Notes: generated from the sequence alone by a model not told the origin. Counted from the stretch's first letter, positions 25,500-38,900 are shown. The stretch: DNA of 64,000 bases from Torpedo marmorata (GCA_977017645.1 OZ360241.1:58094001-58158000), one strand, 5' to 3'. Numbers and translations: made by a program.

Positions 25500-26340
25500 A
25501 ATCCTCATGCAAAAAAGTGACTCGCAATAGTGCAGTCCTTTTTTTGCTTTTGAAGTGGTCCATGATTAGTGAACCAAGGGGAGGTTCAAGAGCCTGATAG
25601 CTGTTGGAAAGAAACTGAATACAGGACGGAGAACATGGTTGGGTGTTGCCAGAACAACAATCTTGCTCTCAACATCACCAAGACCAAGAAGCTGATTTTT
25701 GATTTTCAGAAGGAGAGGCTGTCTGCATTGATGGGAAGGAGGTGAAAAGTGTTAGAATCTTCCAGTTCCTGGGCGTTCATATTTCAGAACAAAGGACGGC
25801 ACAGTTAGTGCAGTGGTTAGCATAATGCTAATACAGCGCTAGCGAGCCAGATTTGAATCCGACGCTGACTGTATGTTCTCCCTGTGGCTGCATGGGTTTC
25901 CTCCCAAGTTCCAAAGATGCACAGGGCTAGTGGATTAAGTGGTCACATGGGTGCATTTGGGTGGCACGGGCTCATGAGCCGGAAGGGCCTGTTACCATGT
26001 TGTATCTCTTTAAAAAAAAAAAAAAGACCTTTCCTCAAGCCAGCATGTTGAGGGAACCGTGAAGAAGGCACACCAATGCCTCTACTTCCTAAAGAGCCTG
26101 AGGAGATTTGGCATGTCATCGGATACTCTATCAAACTTCTACAGGTGCACTGTCGAAAGTATACTGGCTGGTTGCATCACTGTTGAACTTAGAGGTGCTG
26201 GGTTTCAGGTTCTGTACCTTCTCCTCAAGCAAGCTGTAAGAAGAAGTTGTGACGAAGGTCCTTCATGATATTGGCTCCCTTCTTGACGCAGCATCTCACA
26301 TAGATGTCAGCAGTGGATGGGAGGTCGGAGTCTGTGATGG
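25500..26340. mobile_element. Rex1-like fragments in both orientations with a V-SINE (25794-26025) nested inside
   Basis: Plus-strand CQNNNLALNITKTK and KKAHQCLYFLKSLRRFG..FYRCTVESIL, with minus-strand Rex1 3' pieces on each side. Confidence 0.65.
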
Positions 26341-26394
26341 ACGGATATATTTCCTCCCTTCTGCAGGCTTCTGCGTTCCTGGACTCTCTTGTCT

Positions 26395-27640
26395 CCACCA
26401 CCTCCCTCTCCCCTCCCCCCACGCCCGCCCTCCCTCCCTCCCTCTCCCCTCCCCCCACGCCCTCCCTCCCTCTCCCCTCCCCCCCACGCCCTCCCTCCCT
26501 CTCCCCTCCCCCCCACGCCCTCCCTCCCTCTCCCCTCCCCCCCACGCCCTCCCTCCCTCTCCCCTCCCCCCACGCCCTCCCTCCCTCTCCCCTCCCCCCA
26601 CGCCCTCCCTCCCTCTCCCCTCCCCCCACGCCCTCCCTCTCCCCTCCCTCCCCCTCCCCCCCACACCCTCCCTCTCCTTTCCCCCCTCCCCCACGCCCTC
26701 CCTCTCTCTCCCTCCCCCCCTCCCCTCCCCTCCCCTCCTCTCCCCTCCCCTCCCCTCCTCTCCCTTCCCCCTCCCCCACCCTCTCCCTTCCCCCTCCCCC
26801 ACCCTCTCCCTTCCCCCTCCCCTCCCCCTCCCTCCCTCTCCCCTCCCCCCCTCCCCCCACGCCCTCCCACTCCCTTCCCCCCCTCCCCCTCTCCCCCCTC
26901 CCCACGCCCTCCCTCTCCCTTCCCCCCCTCCCCCTTCCCCCCTCCCCCACGCCCTCCCTCTCCCTTCCCCCTCCCCCACGCCCTCCTCTCCCTTCCCCCC
27001 TCCCCCACGCCCTCCCTCTCCCTTCCCCCCTCCACCATGCCCTCCCTCTCCCTTCCCCCCTCCCCCACGCCCTCCCTCCCTCCCCCTCTCCCTTCTCCCT
27101 TCCCCCCTCTCCCTTCCCCCCCTCCCCACACCCTCTCACTCCCTTCCCCCATGCCCTCTCACTCCCTTCCCCCCTCCCCCTCCCTCCCCCACGCCCTCTC
27201 TCTCCCTTCCCCCCCTCCCCACGCCCTCTCTCTCCCTTCCCCCCCTCCCCACGCCCTCTCTCTCCCTTCCCCCCTCCCCCACGCCCTCCCTCTCCCTCCC
27301 CCACGCCCTCCCTCTCCCTCTCCCTTCCCCCCTCCCCCACGCCCTCCCTCTTCCTTCCCCCCCTCCCCCACGCCCTCCCTCTCCCTTCCCCCCTCCCCCC
27401 TCTCCCCTCTCCCTTCCCCCTCTCCCTTCCCCCCTCTCCCTTCCCCCACTCCCCACGCCCTCTCACTCCCTTCCCCCCTCCCTCTCTCTCCCTTCCCCCC
27501 TCCCTCTCTCTCCCTTCCCCCCTCCCCCACGCCCTCTCTCTCTCTCTCTTTCCCCCCCCCCTCCCCCCACGCCCTCTCTCTCTCTTCTCCCCACCACCAC
27601 CTCTCTCCTCCCCATCCCTTCCCCCCACCCCTTCTCTTGA
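26395..27640. repeat. C-rich polypyrimidine minisatellite (ctcccctccccccacgccctccctccct-like)
   Basis: ~28-bp degenerate units of nearly pure C/T with a periodic ACG. Confidence 0.9.
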
Positions 27641-28054
27641 CTTCTACACACATGGGTAAGTGAGGAGCCACTTGCCTGTGCAGAATGATAAGCAGTGCCC
27701 ATGGTAGAGAGTTCTTGCAGTGATTATGTTCCTGGACTGGTAATCCAGAGATTGAATTAACTAATTTGAGACATGAGTTTCTAACCCACAAAGCCAGATG
27801 GAGATTTTTAATTCAGTTAATGAGATTGGGAAGAAACACCCAGCATTTGTGATTGACTGTAAAAAATCTATCTAGTCTCTTACAGAAGTAGACATGGTGT
27901 GTTGTGGGAGCACACACCCCGACCACATGGATTGAGGGGTGGAAAGTACCTTCTATTTTGGGTACCTATGATGGTTCCGGCCATGGATTTCTGGAGACGG
28001 GTTGGTTTTGGGGGCGGGATGTGGTCAGGATTTGATCCCTGTTTCCCGTTGCAG

Positions 28055-28211
28055 GGAGCAACCCATTTTCAGTGCTCGAGCCCACGTTTTCCAAATCGAC
28101 CCAACAACCAAACGAAACTGGATCCCAGCCAGCAAGCATGCCGTTACCGTCTCCTTCTTCTTCGACAGCACCCGCAATGTTTACCGGATCATTAGTGTCG
28201 GAGGCACCAAG
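28055..28211 (+). CDS. homer3: Homer3 coding exon 2 (EVH1 N-part: [52 protein letters not shown])
   Basis: Recognisable Homer EVH1 sequence with ttgcag acceptor and gtaact donor, 157 bp. TKRNWIPA and GG.K resemble HOMER3 more than HOMER1. Confidence 0.95.
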
Positions 28212-28764
28212 GTAACTCTGGGTGGGGGGTGGGGGGGGGGGGCGGATAGGAGAGTGGGAAGAAACAGACCAGGAGTCTCGCAGGCACACTGCAAGAGCAT
28301 ATGCATGCTGTCACTTGACTGCATGAGTGCTCTTGGCCACTTGTACACTGTGAGGTTTTATACATGCTGCATTCAAGCCCCTGTGCATAATGCAGTTGGA
28401 CAGCATGCATTGGACCAAAATGCTGCAAGAAGACTGCTTGCATTTTGTGACCAAACTTTGTGCCTTTGCATTCGGACTATGTGCAGACCATAAAGGACTG
28501 CAGAAACATTGCAATTAAATTACAAACTTGCTGCAATCAGACAGTGAACACACCACGATCTGGTGCTGTACAAAGAATAACAGATTGCATATATGCCACA
28601 CAGTCTCGTTCAGCACAAGTGGTTTATGCATGCATTGTTGTCATTCTGTGTATTCACTTCTGTCTTGACTGACTGATTAAATCAGAACACAGAGGTCGTT
28701 TGGCTTCACCTTATGAGCAAAATATTCCTGCCGTGGATTTGCTAATAAGTGGCATTGTTTTCAG

Positions 28765-28896
28765 GCGATCATCAACAGCACCATCACACCCAACATGACG
28801 TTCACCAAAACCTCGCAGAAATTTGGGCAGTGGGCTGACAGTCGAGCCAACACAGTCTATGGACTGGGCTTCAACTCTGAGCAGCAGCTTGCACAG
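28765..28896 (+). CDS. homer3: Homer3 coding exon 3 ([44 protein letters not shown])
   Basis: Translated by hand; it is absent from the ORF track. tttcag acceptor, gtatct donor, 132 bp, phase 0/0, invariant Homer EVH1 motif [18 protein letters not shown]. Confidence 0.96.
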
Positions 28897-29145
28897 GTAT
28901 CTGGCTGGTTATACCAGGGTGGTGCTTGTGACTGAGAAAGCACAGTAGCTAACTGGGCCCCAAAGCAGGAGAACATCAGCAGCTGATATCCTGCAGGGAA
29001 TGAATGGAACCGAACATCCCGGGTTGTGACGACAGAGAACTGGAGAGATAGCTGGACTAGGACTTCTTTTCCTTCTCTTTCTCTGACTGTAAGGAGCGGC
29101 CGGGCAAATGCTAATGGTGAATCTTTGCCTTATTGCAGGCTAAAT

Positions 29146-31792
29146 TCTGCCTGTGCCACGCGCCAGAGAGGATAGGAATAGGAAGTTGCGGCAGATGAAT
29201 GCGTGGCTGAAGAGTTGGTGCAGAGGGCAGGGGTTCAGATTTGTGGATCATTGAGATCTCTTCTGGGGAAGGTCTGACCTGCACAAAAAGGACGGGCTGC
29301 ACCTGAACTGGAAAGAGACCAATATCTTGGTGGGCAGGTTTGCTAGAGCTGTTTGGGAGGGTTTACACTGGTTTGGCAGGGGGGTGGGAACCAGGATGTG
29401 AGTGCAGAGAATAGGGCAGAAGGTCAAAAGCATGATGCTATGTGTTCTGAGTTTGAGAGGAAGGATAGGCATAAATGTAGCCAGTTAGAGCGGTTGAAAT
29501 GTGTCTATTTCAACGCTAGGAGTATTAGGAATAAAGGGGATGAACTTAGAGCATGGATCAGTACGTGGAACTATGTTGTGGCCATTATAGAGACTTGGCT
29601 GGAGGAAGGGCAGGTTTGGCTGATGCAGGTACCAGGGTTTAGGTGTTTTAAAAGGAATAGGATGGGGAGGTAAGAGGGGTGGGAGTAGCGTTACTGGTCA
29701 GGGATAGTATCACAACTGCACAGAGTCGGCACCAGAACAAGTCTTAGCGGGGGCATTAGGGTAACCATGGGGCCACAATCAGACGCTTGAAAACTCGTTC
29801 AGCGAGGGGGGGGTGCCTACCTGTCTACCATGAACCTCCTCCATGCGACGACACTGCCGCCGTCCCTCCGACTTAGCAGACAAACGTGCTGCTTATATTG
29901 CGTGCAGACTAGTGACGCTTGACGCTAGTGCTGGGTTACAATACCTCATTTGGGGGGGGGGGGGCCGATGGCCGCGAGTAGGTGGGGGTCACTATACCTT
30001 GTTTGGGGGGGGGGGCAATGCCTGTGAATGTACCCCCTTGGCGTCGACCCTGCAGTTGCAGAGGGAGTGTCTACTGAGACGGTTTGGGTGGAAGTCAGAA
30101 ATAGGAAGGGAGCAATCACTGTACTAGGAGTAGTCTATAGGCCCCCAAATAGCCCTCGGGACACCGAGGAGCAGATAAGCAGGCAGATTTTGGAATGGTG
30201 CGGGAAATACAGGGTTGTAGTTATGGGTGATTTCAACTTCCCTAATATTGACTGGCACCTCCTGACTGCAATAGGGATAGATGGGGCTGAATTTGTCAGG
30301 TGTGTCCAAGAAGGATTCCTGACACCGTATGTGGACCGGCTGACGAGAGGAGAGGCCATACTGGATCTAATTCTGGGTAATGAACCTGGTCAGGTGGCGG
30401 ACCTCTCGGTGGGGGAGCATTTTGGTGAGAGTGACCACAACTCCCTGAGCTTTAGCATAGCTATGGATAAGGATAAAAGCAGACAAAATGGAAAAGTGTT
30501 TAATTGGGGAAGGGCTAATTATGATGGGATGAGGCAGGAACTAGCGAAAGTAAATTGGAAACAGATGTTCAAGGGTGAAAGCACAGAACTAATGTGGAGG
30601 AAGTTTAGGGACCACTTGTGCTGGGTTCAGGATAGGTTTGTCCCACTGGGACAGGGAAAAGATGGTTGGAAAAGGGAACCGTGGTTGACGAAGCAGATGA
30701 GGCAGCTAGTCAAGAGGAAGAAGGAAGCATACATTAGATATAGGAAGCAGGAAACAGGAAGGGCTCATGAGAAGTATATGGTAGCCAGGAAGGTGCTTAA
30801 GGACTTAGGAGAGCTCGAAGGGGCATGAGAAGGACTTGGCATGCAGGATTAAGGAGAACCCCAAGGCGTTCTGTGCATTTGTGAAGAACAGAAGGATGAC
30901 GAGAATGAAGGTGGGGCCACTAAAGGATAAAGGAGGCAACATGTGCCTGGAGCGGAGGAGGTTGGGGAGGTCCTAAATGAATACTTCGCTTCAGTATTCA
31001 CAAGAGAAAAGGACCTTGATCACAGTGAGGTCGAAATTGAACAGGCCTGTGTGCTGGACAATGTGGAGATTAAGGAAGAGGAAGTGTTGGATCTTCTTAG
31101 AAACATCAAGATTGATAAGTCCCCGGGGCCAGATGAGATATACCCCAGGTTGCTGTGGGAAGTGAGAGAAGAGATAGCTGGGGCAGTAGCTATGATCTTT
31201 GAGTCCTCTTTGGCTGCAGGGGAGGTGCCGGAGGATTGGAAAATGGCAAATGTAGTCCCCTTGTTTAAAAAAGGTAATAGGGAGAATCCTGGGAATTGTA
31301 GACCAGTGAGTCTTACGTCAGTGGTGTGTAAACTAATGGAGAGGATTCTTAAGGATAGGATCTATGAGAATTTGGAGACGTACAGTCTACTCAAGGATAG
31401 TCAGCATGGCTTTGTGAAGGGAAGGTCGTGCCTCACGAGTCTAATTGAGTTTTTTGAGGAGGTAACAAAAGAAATTGATGAGGGTAGGGTGGTAGATGTG
31501 GTCTACATGGATTTTAGCAAGGAATTTGATAAGGTCCCCCATGAGAGACTAGTTCAGAAAGTCATGAGGCATGGGATCCATGGAACTTTGGCTGTGTGGA
31601 TAAAAAAAATTGGCTTGCAGGTAGAAAGCAGAGAGTAGTAGTGGAAGGAAAGTATTCTGCCTGGAGGTCAGTGACTAGTGGGGTACCGCAAGGATCTGTT
31701 CTGGGACCCCTGCTCTTTGTGATTTTTATAAATGACCTGAATGAAGCGGAAGGATGGGTCAGTAAGTTTGCAGATGATATGAAGGTTGGAGG
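29146..31792 (+). mobile_element. CR1 LINE copy A (ORF1 esterase end, APE endonuclease, RT up to KFADD), frameshifted
   Basis: [49 protein letters not shown]. Confidence 0.92.
29721..30052. mobile_element. ~330-bp hAT-like MITE inside CR1 copy A
   Basis: Ends CAGAGTCGGCACCAG and rc CAGGGTCGACGCCAA, with imperfect 8-bp TSD caactgca/cagttgca. It is absent from CR1 copy B. Confidence 0.7.
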
Positions 31793-34510
31793 AATCTCCC
31801 TATTACCTTTTTTAAACAAGGGGACCACATTTGCCATTCTCCAATCCTCCGACACCTCCCCTGCGGCCAAAGAGGATTCAAAGATCATAGCCACTGCCCC
31901 AGCTATCTCTTCTCTCACTTTCCACAGCAACCTGGGTACATCGCGTCTGGCCCCGGGGACCTATCTCTCTTGATGTTTTTAAGAAGATCCAACACTTCCA
32001 ATTCCTTAACCTCTACATTGTCCAGCACACAGGCATGTTTACTTTCAACCTCACCATGATCAAGGTCCTTTTCTCTTGTGAATACTGACACAAAGTATTC
32101 ATTTAGGACCTCCCCAACTTCCTCCGCCTCCAGGCACATGTTGCCTCCTTTATCCTTTAGCGGCCCCACCTTCATTCTTGTCATCCTTCTGTTCTTCACA
32201 TGCGCATAGAACGCCTTGGGGTTCACCTTAATTCTACATGCCAAGGCCTTCTCATGCCCCCTTCGAGCTCTCCTAAGTCCTTTCTTAAGCTCCTTCCTGG
32301 CTACCATATACTTCTCATGAGCCCTTCCTGTTTCCTATATCTAACGTATGCTTCCTTCTTCCTCTTGACTAGTTGCCTCACCTGTTTCATCAGCCACGGT
32401 TCGCTTTTCCTACCATCTTTTCCTTGTCCCAGTGGGACAAGCCTATCTTGAACCCTGCACCCTCCACATTAGTTCTGTGCTTTTACCCTTAAACATCTGT
32501 TTCCAATTATTCTCGCTAGTTTCCTGCCTCATCCCTTCATAATTAGCCCTTCCCCAGTTTGACTGTTTTTATCCTTTTCCATAGCTATGTTGAAGCTAAG
32601 GGAGTTGTGGTCACTCTCACCAAAATGCTCCCCCACCGAGATGTCCATCACCTGACCAGGTTCATTCCCCAGAACCAGATCCAGTATGGCCTCTCCTCTA
32701 GTCGGCTGGTCCACATACTGTGTCAAGAATCCTTCTTGTACACACCTAACAAATTCAGCCCCATCTATCCCTCTTGCAGTCAGGAGGTGCCAGTCAATAT
32801 TAGGGAAGTTGAAATCACCCATAACTACAACCCTGTATTTCCTGCACCATTCCAAAATCTGCCTGCTTATCTGCTCCTCGGTGTCCCGAGGGCTATTTGG
32901 GGGCCTATACACTGCTCCCAGCACAGTGATATAGCTCCCTTCCTATTTCTGACTTCCACCCACACCGACTCAGTGGACACTCCCTCTGCAGCGTCCTCCC
33001 TTTCTATAGCCGTGATACTATCCCTGACCAGTGACAGCCACAACATCATAGTTCCATGTACTGATCCATACTCTAAGTTCATCCCCTTTATTCCTAATAC
33101 TCCTAGCGTTGAAATAGACACATTTCAATCCTTCTAACTGGCTACCTTTAGGTTTTGTCCCCTGCCTGTCCTTCCTCACCAACTCAGAGCACATAGCATC
33201 ATGCTTTTGTCCTTCTACCCTAATTTCTGCACTCACATTCTGGTTCCCACCCCTTTGCCAAACTAGTTTAAACCCTTCCCAACAGTTCTAGCAAACCTGC
33301 CCAGCAGGATATTGGTCCCCCTCCAGTTCAGGTGCAGCCTGGCCTTTTTGTACAGGTCAGACCTTCCCCAGAAGAGATCTCAATGATCCACAAATCTGAA
33401 CCCCTGCCCCTGGCACCAGCTCTTCAGCCACGCATTCATCTGCCACAACATTTTGTTCCTACCTACTCTGGCGTGTGGTATAGGCAGCAATCCAGAGATT
33501 ACTGCCTTGAGGTCCTGCTTTTTAACTTTTTTCCTAACTCCCTATATTTCCTCTATAGGACCTCATCCCTACTCCTATCTATGTCATTGGTCCCCATGTG
33601 GACCACAACATCTGGCAGCTCCCCCTCCCCCTCCAGAATGCTATGAACTCAATCATAGACGTCCCTAACCCTGGCACCTGGGAGGCAACATACCATCCGG
33701 GAGCCTCGATCTCGTTCACAGAACCTCCTATCTGCTCTCCTAACCAATGAGTCCCCATTTACCATAGCTCTTCTCCCCCCTTCCCTTCTGAGCCGGGGGG
33801 CCAGCCTCTGTGCCGGAGACGTAACCACCTCGACTTGTCGCTGGTAGATCGTCCCCCCCATCAGTATCTAAAACAGTATACTTGTTGAGGGGAACGGCCA
33901 CAGGGGTGCTCTGCTCTTTCTGCCTCTTCCCCTTCCCTCTCCTGACAGTTACCGGTCTCCCTGACGTTTAGGGGTGATTGCCTTCCTGGAACTCCTGTCT
34001 ATCACTACCTCTGCCTCCCTTAAGATCCGAAGTTCATCCAGCTCCAGTTCCCTAACTCGGTTTGTCAGGAGCTGCAGCTGGATGCACCTTTTGCAGGTGT
34101 AGTCATCAGGAACAAACGTGCTGTCCCTGACTTCCCACATCCTACAAACAGAGCACTGGACTGCCCTAACCACTGCCTTCATTACCTACTCCTAAGTTAA
34201 TTAAATTAATTAAAGAAACACTGGCCTTACCTCATTGGGAGCAAGCTCTTCCTCAGCCTCTGCTCGCCAAAGCCTCAAAGCTCCACTCCTTCACTGTGCC
34301 ACTCACTCACTGGCCACTCCTCTTCAGCTACCCCTCCTTTTATTGGTCCCTGCCAATTAACTCATTGACCCAATTATTCAATCCCACAAATCATCACTCA
34401 ACTTAACCCTTTGCCCTCCGCACTCTTTTTAAACTGCAACTGTAATACTCACCTCTCTGACAAGACTCTCGCTCCTCCTCCGACGCTCCCGCGATCCAAA
34501 AGGCCCGAGT
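31793..34510 (-). mobile_element. CR1 LINE copy B: 5'UTR, ORF1 (CxxC/coiled coil, SGNH-like GDSLVR), APE and start of RT
   Basis: MKAVVRAVQCSVCRMW.., GDSLVR..CCLPGARV, YFNARSIRNK, MGDFNFP; ends at KKGNRE. Confidence 0.9.
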
Positions 34511-34514
34511 CCCG

Positions 34515-34977
34515 ATTTACCAGGATGTTACCTGGATTGGAAAATGAGTCTTATGAGGCAAGGTTAGCAGAGCTGGGACATTTCTCTTTGGAGCGTAGAA
34601 GGATGAGAGGAGACTTAATAGAGGTTTACAAGATTATGAGAGGCATAGATAGGGTGGACAGCCAGCGCCTGTTTCCCAGGGCATGAATAGCAAACACCAG
34701 AGGACATATGTACAAAGTTAAGGGAGGGAAGTTTAGGGGAGACATCAGGGGTACGTTTTTTACGCAGAGAGTTGGAGGTGCCTGGAATGCCTTGCCAGGG
34801 GTGTGGTGGAGGTTGAAACATTAAGGGCATTTAAGAGACTCTGAGACAAGCACATGGATGGAATAAAAATAGAGGGTTACGGGGTAGGGAGGGTTTAGTA
34901 CTTTTTTAAGGAATATATGGGTCGGCACAACATCGAGGGCTGAAGGGCCTGTACTGTGCTGCAATGTTCTATGTTCT
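34515..34977 (+). mobile_element. CR1 3' end
   Basis: RFTRMLPG..RRRMRGDLIEVYKI and (ATGTTCT)n tail. Confidence 0.88.
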
Positions 34978-35074
34978 GAAGGCAATTTCGTGTAATATTA
35001 CATTTCTGTTTTATTACATGACAATAAATAGTATCTGATCTGATCTGAAGGTAAGGTTGGAGAGGTTCAAGGTA

Positions 35075-35425
35075 GGAGGGAGCTGGATGTAAAATGTATC
35101 CAAAATGGTATACTTGTTATTGAGGGAAATAGTGACAGGGGTGCCCTGCACTGACTGCCTGTTCCCTTTCCCTCTCCTGACTGTCACCCAGCTACCCTCC
35201 TCATACCTCCTCAGTGAGATAGCGTCCCTGTAACTGCTGTGTATCACCTCCTCAGCCTCCCGAATGATCCGGAGTTCATCCAACTCCAGCTCCAATTTCC
35301 TAACTCGATTTGTAAGGAGCTTCAGCTGGATGAAGACGAAGTCGTCAGGGATACTGCTGGCTTCCCTGACGACCCACATTCTGCAAGAGTAGCATTCCCC
35401 TGCCTTGGCTGCCATTCCCACTGTC
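35075..35425 (-). mobile_element. CR1 ORF1 fragment
   Basis: CYSCRMW..QLKLLTNRVRKLELELDELR, homologous to 33949-34182. Confidence 0.75.
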
Positions 35426-35617
35426 TATGATTGGAGGAAAAAGAAGGTTTATATATTTAGGAGGAGATATGGCAAGGGTGGAGGGCAGTGAGGAAAGGAA
35501 GGTGTGATGGTGGGTGGGGTAGATGAGGAAGGGGCTGGGATGCAATGAGATGTAAGGATGTCCAGAACCATGATTCTGATGCTGGAATGACGGGTCTGAT
35601 TTTGTGCCTTTTTGAAG

Positions 35618-35725
35618 TTTGCAGAGAGATTTCAAGAGGTGAAGGAAGCAGCCCGATTGGCAAGAGAGAAGTCCCAGGATAAAACAGATCTAACGAACCC
35701 TGCACTGGAGATTGCAGCTCCACAG
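35618..35725 (+). CDS. homer3: Homer3 coding exon 4 ([36 protein letters not shown])
   Basis: tttgaag acceptor, gtaaaa donor, 108 bp. [15 protein letters not shown] and LT.PAL match HOMER3 rather than HOMER1 (EFKEAARLAKEKSQE). Confidence 0.93.
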
Positions 35726-35959
35726 GTAAAAACGTCAGGTCAACCCGAGACAAGTTTAATCCCCCTCAAACAACAGAGATACAACCCAAGCTCGTGAATC
35801 CACACAGGTATGAAAATCCAACACCTCACTGTGTAAATTCAACCTCAGCATGAAAATACCCTTTGGGATGTACACACACCCTCCAGCAGGTAAAACCAAA
35901 CTCTGGTATGTAAGCCAAACCCCCAAGAGTGTAAATTCAAACCCGAGCATATAAATCCA

Positions 35960-38900
35960 CCTCCGTCATTGTAAAACTAACCCAAGTGTAAACCCATCGC
36001 CACGATATAAACCCACTGCGTAATCCCACTGTGTAAACCCTGGCCCCACTGTGTAATCCCACTGTGTAAACCTGACCCAAATATGTAAACCCGAACCCAA
36101 TGTGTAAAACCACTGTGTAATCCCACTGTGTAAACCCGACCCCACTGTGGAAACCCCGACCCCACTGTGGAAACCCCGACCCCACTGTGGAAACCCCGAC
36201 CCCACTGTGGAAACCCCGACCCCACTGTTTAAACCCTGACCCCACTGTGTAAATCCCGACCCCACTGTGTAAACCCGACCCCACTGTGTAAACCCCGACC
36301 CCACTGTGGAAACCCCGACCCCACTGTGTAAACCCGACCCCACTGTGTAAACCTCGACCCCACTGTTTAAACCCGACCCCACTGTGTAAACCCCGACCCC
36401 ACTGTGTAAACCCGACCCCACTGTGGAAACCCCGACCCCACTGTGTAAACCCCGACCCCACTGTGGAAACCCCGACCCCACTGTGTAAACCCCGACCCCA
36501 CTGTGTAAACCCGACCCCACTGTGTAAACCCTGACCCCACTGTGGAAACCCCGACCCCACTGTGTAAACCCCGACCCCACTGTGTAAACCCGACCCCACT
36601 GTGGAAACCCCGACCCCACTGTGTAAACCCTGACCCCACTGTGGAAACCCCGACCCCACTGTGTAAACCCTGACCCCACTGTGGAAACCCCGACCCCACT
36701 GTGTAAACCCGACCCCACTGTGGAAACCCCGACCCCACTGTGTAAACCCTGACCCCACTGTGGAAACCCCGACCCCACTGTGTAAACCCTGACCCCACTG
36801 TGGAAACCCCGACCCCACTGTGTAAACCCGACCCCACTGTGGAAACCCCGACCCCACTGTGTAAACCTCGACCCCACTGTGTAAACCCGACCCCACTGTG
36901 TAAACCCGACCCCACTGTGTAAACCCGACCCCACTGTGTAAACCTCGACCCCACTGTGTAAACCCCGACCCCACTGTGTAAACCCCGACCCCACTGTGGA
37001 AACCCCGACCCCACTGTGTAAACCCGACCCCACTGTGTAAACCCGACCCCACTGTGTAAACCTCGACCCCACTGTGTAAACCCGACCCCACTGTGTAAAC
37101 CCGACCCCACTGTGTAAACCCGACCCCACTGTGTAAACCTCGACCCCACTGTGTAAACCCGACCCCACTGTGTAAACCCGACCCCACTGTGTAAACCCGA
37201 CCCCACTGTGTAAACCCTGACCCCTCTGTGTAAACCCGACCCCACTGTGTAAACCCCGACCCCACTGTGTAAACCCGACCCCACTGTGTAAACCCCGACC
37301 CCACTGTGTAAACCCCGACCCCACTGTGTAAACCCGACCCCACTGTGTAAACCCGACCCCACTGTGTAAACCCGACCCCACTGTGTAAACCCGACCCCAC
37401 TGTGTAAACCCTGACCCCACTGTGTAAACCACGACCCCACTGTGTAAACCCGACCCCACTGTGTAAACCCGGCCCCACTGTGTAAACCCACTGTGTAAAC
37501 CCGACCCCACTGTTTAAACCCACTGTGTAAACCCGACCCCACTGCGAAATCTCACTGTGTAAACCAGACCCCACTGTGTAAACCAGACCCCACTGTGTAA
37601 ACCTGACCCCACTGTGTAAACCAGACCCCACTGTGTAAACCAGACCCCACTGTGTAAACCTGACCCCACTGTGTAAACCTGACCCCACTGTGTAATCCCA
37701 CTGTGTAAACACCAACCTCACTGAGTAAACCTGACTCCACTGTGTAAACCTGACCCCACTGTGTAAACCCGACCCACTGTGTAAACCTCGACCCTACTGT
37801 GTAAACCCCGACCCCACTGTGTAAACCCGGACCCCACTGTGTAAACCCGACCCCTCTGTGTAAACCCGGACCCCACTGTGTAAACCCGACCCCTCTGTGT
37901 AAACCCCGACCCAACTGTGTAAACCCGGCCCACTGTGTAAACCCTGACCCCTCTGTGTAAACCCTGACCCCACTGTGAAAACCCCGACCCCACTGTGTAA
38001 ACCCTGACCCCTCTGTGTAAACCCTGACCCCACTGTGAAAACCCCGGCCCACTGTGTAAACCCCGACCCCACTGTATAAACCCCGAACCACTGTGTAAAC
38101 CCACTATGTAAACCCGACCCCACTGTGTAAACCTCGACCCCACTGTGTAAACCTCGACCCCACTGTGTAAACCTGACTCCACTATGTAAACCCGACTCCA
38201 CTGTGTAAACCACGACCCCACTGTGTAAACCTGATCCCACTGTGTAAACCTGACCCCACTGTGTAAACCCGACCCCACTGTGTAAACCCACTATGTAAAC
38301 CCGACCCCACTGTGTAAACCCGACCCCACTGTGTAAACCCGACCCCACTGTGTAAACCCTGACCCCACTGTGAAAACCCGAGCCCACTGTGTAAACCCCG
38401 AGCCCACTGTATAAACCCCGAACCACTGTGTAAACCTTGACCCCACTATGTAAACCCGACCCCACTGTGTAAACCTCGACCCCACTGTGTAAACCTGACC
38501 CCACTGTGTAAACCTCGAACCCACTGTGTAAACCTGACTCCACTGTGTAAACCTCGACCCCACTGTGTAAACCACGACCCCACTATGTAAACCCGACCCC
38601 ACTGTGTAAACTCGACCCCACTGTGTAAACCTCGACCCCACTGTGTAAACCCCGACCCCACTGTGTAAACCCGACCCCACTATGTAAACCCGACCCCACT
38701 ATGTAAACCCGACCCCACTGTGTAAACCTCGACCCCACTGTGTAAACCTCGACCCCACTGTGTAAACCTGACACCACTGTGTAAACCCCGACCCCTCTGT
38801 GTAAACCTGACTCCACTGTGTAAACCTCGACCCCACTGTGTAAACCACGACCCCACTGTGTAAACCTGACCCCACTGTGTAAACCTGACCCCACTGTGTA

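Noticed and set aside
26225-27791. Extensin-like Pro-rich and Gly/Arg/Glu-rich ORFs
   Set aside because: Polypyrimidine repeat, open in all frames.
35618-35624. Alternative acceptor TTTGCAG 7 nt inside exon 4
   Set aside because: It would frameshift, it simply reflects the conserved F-A-E codons, and there is no evidence of use.
28055-35725. Assignment as homer1 or homer2
   Set aside because: Diagnostic residues ([15 protein letters not shown], LTxPAL, 36-codon exon 4) fit HOMER3 better. Phylogeny and synteny would confirm this.
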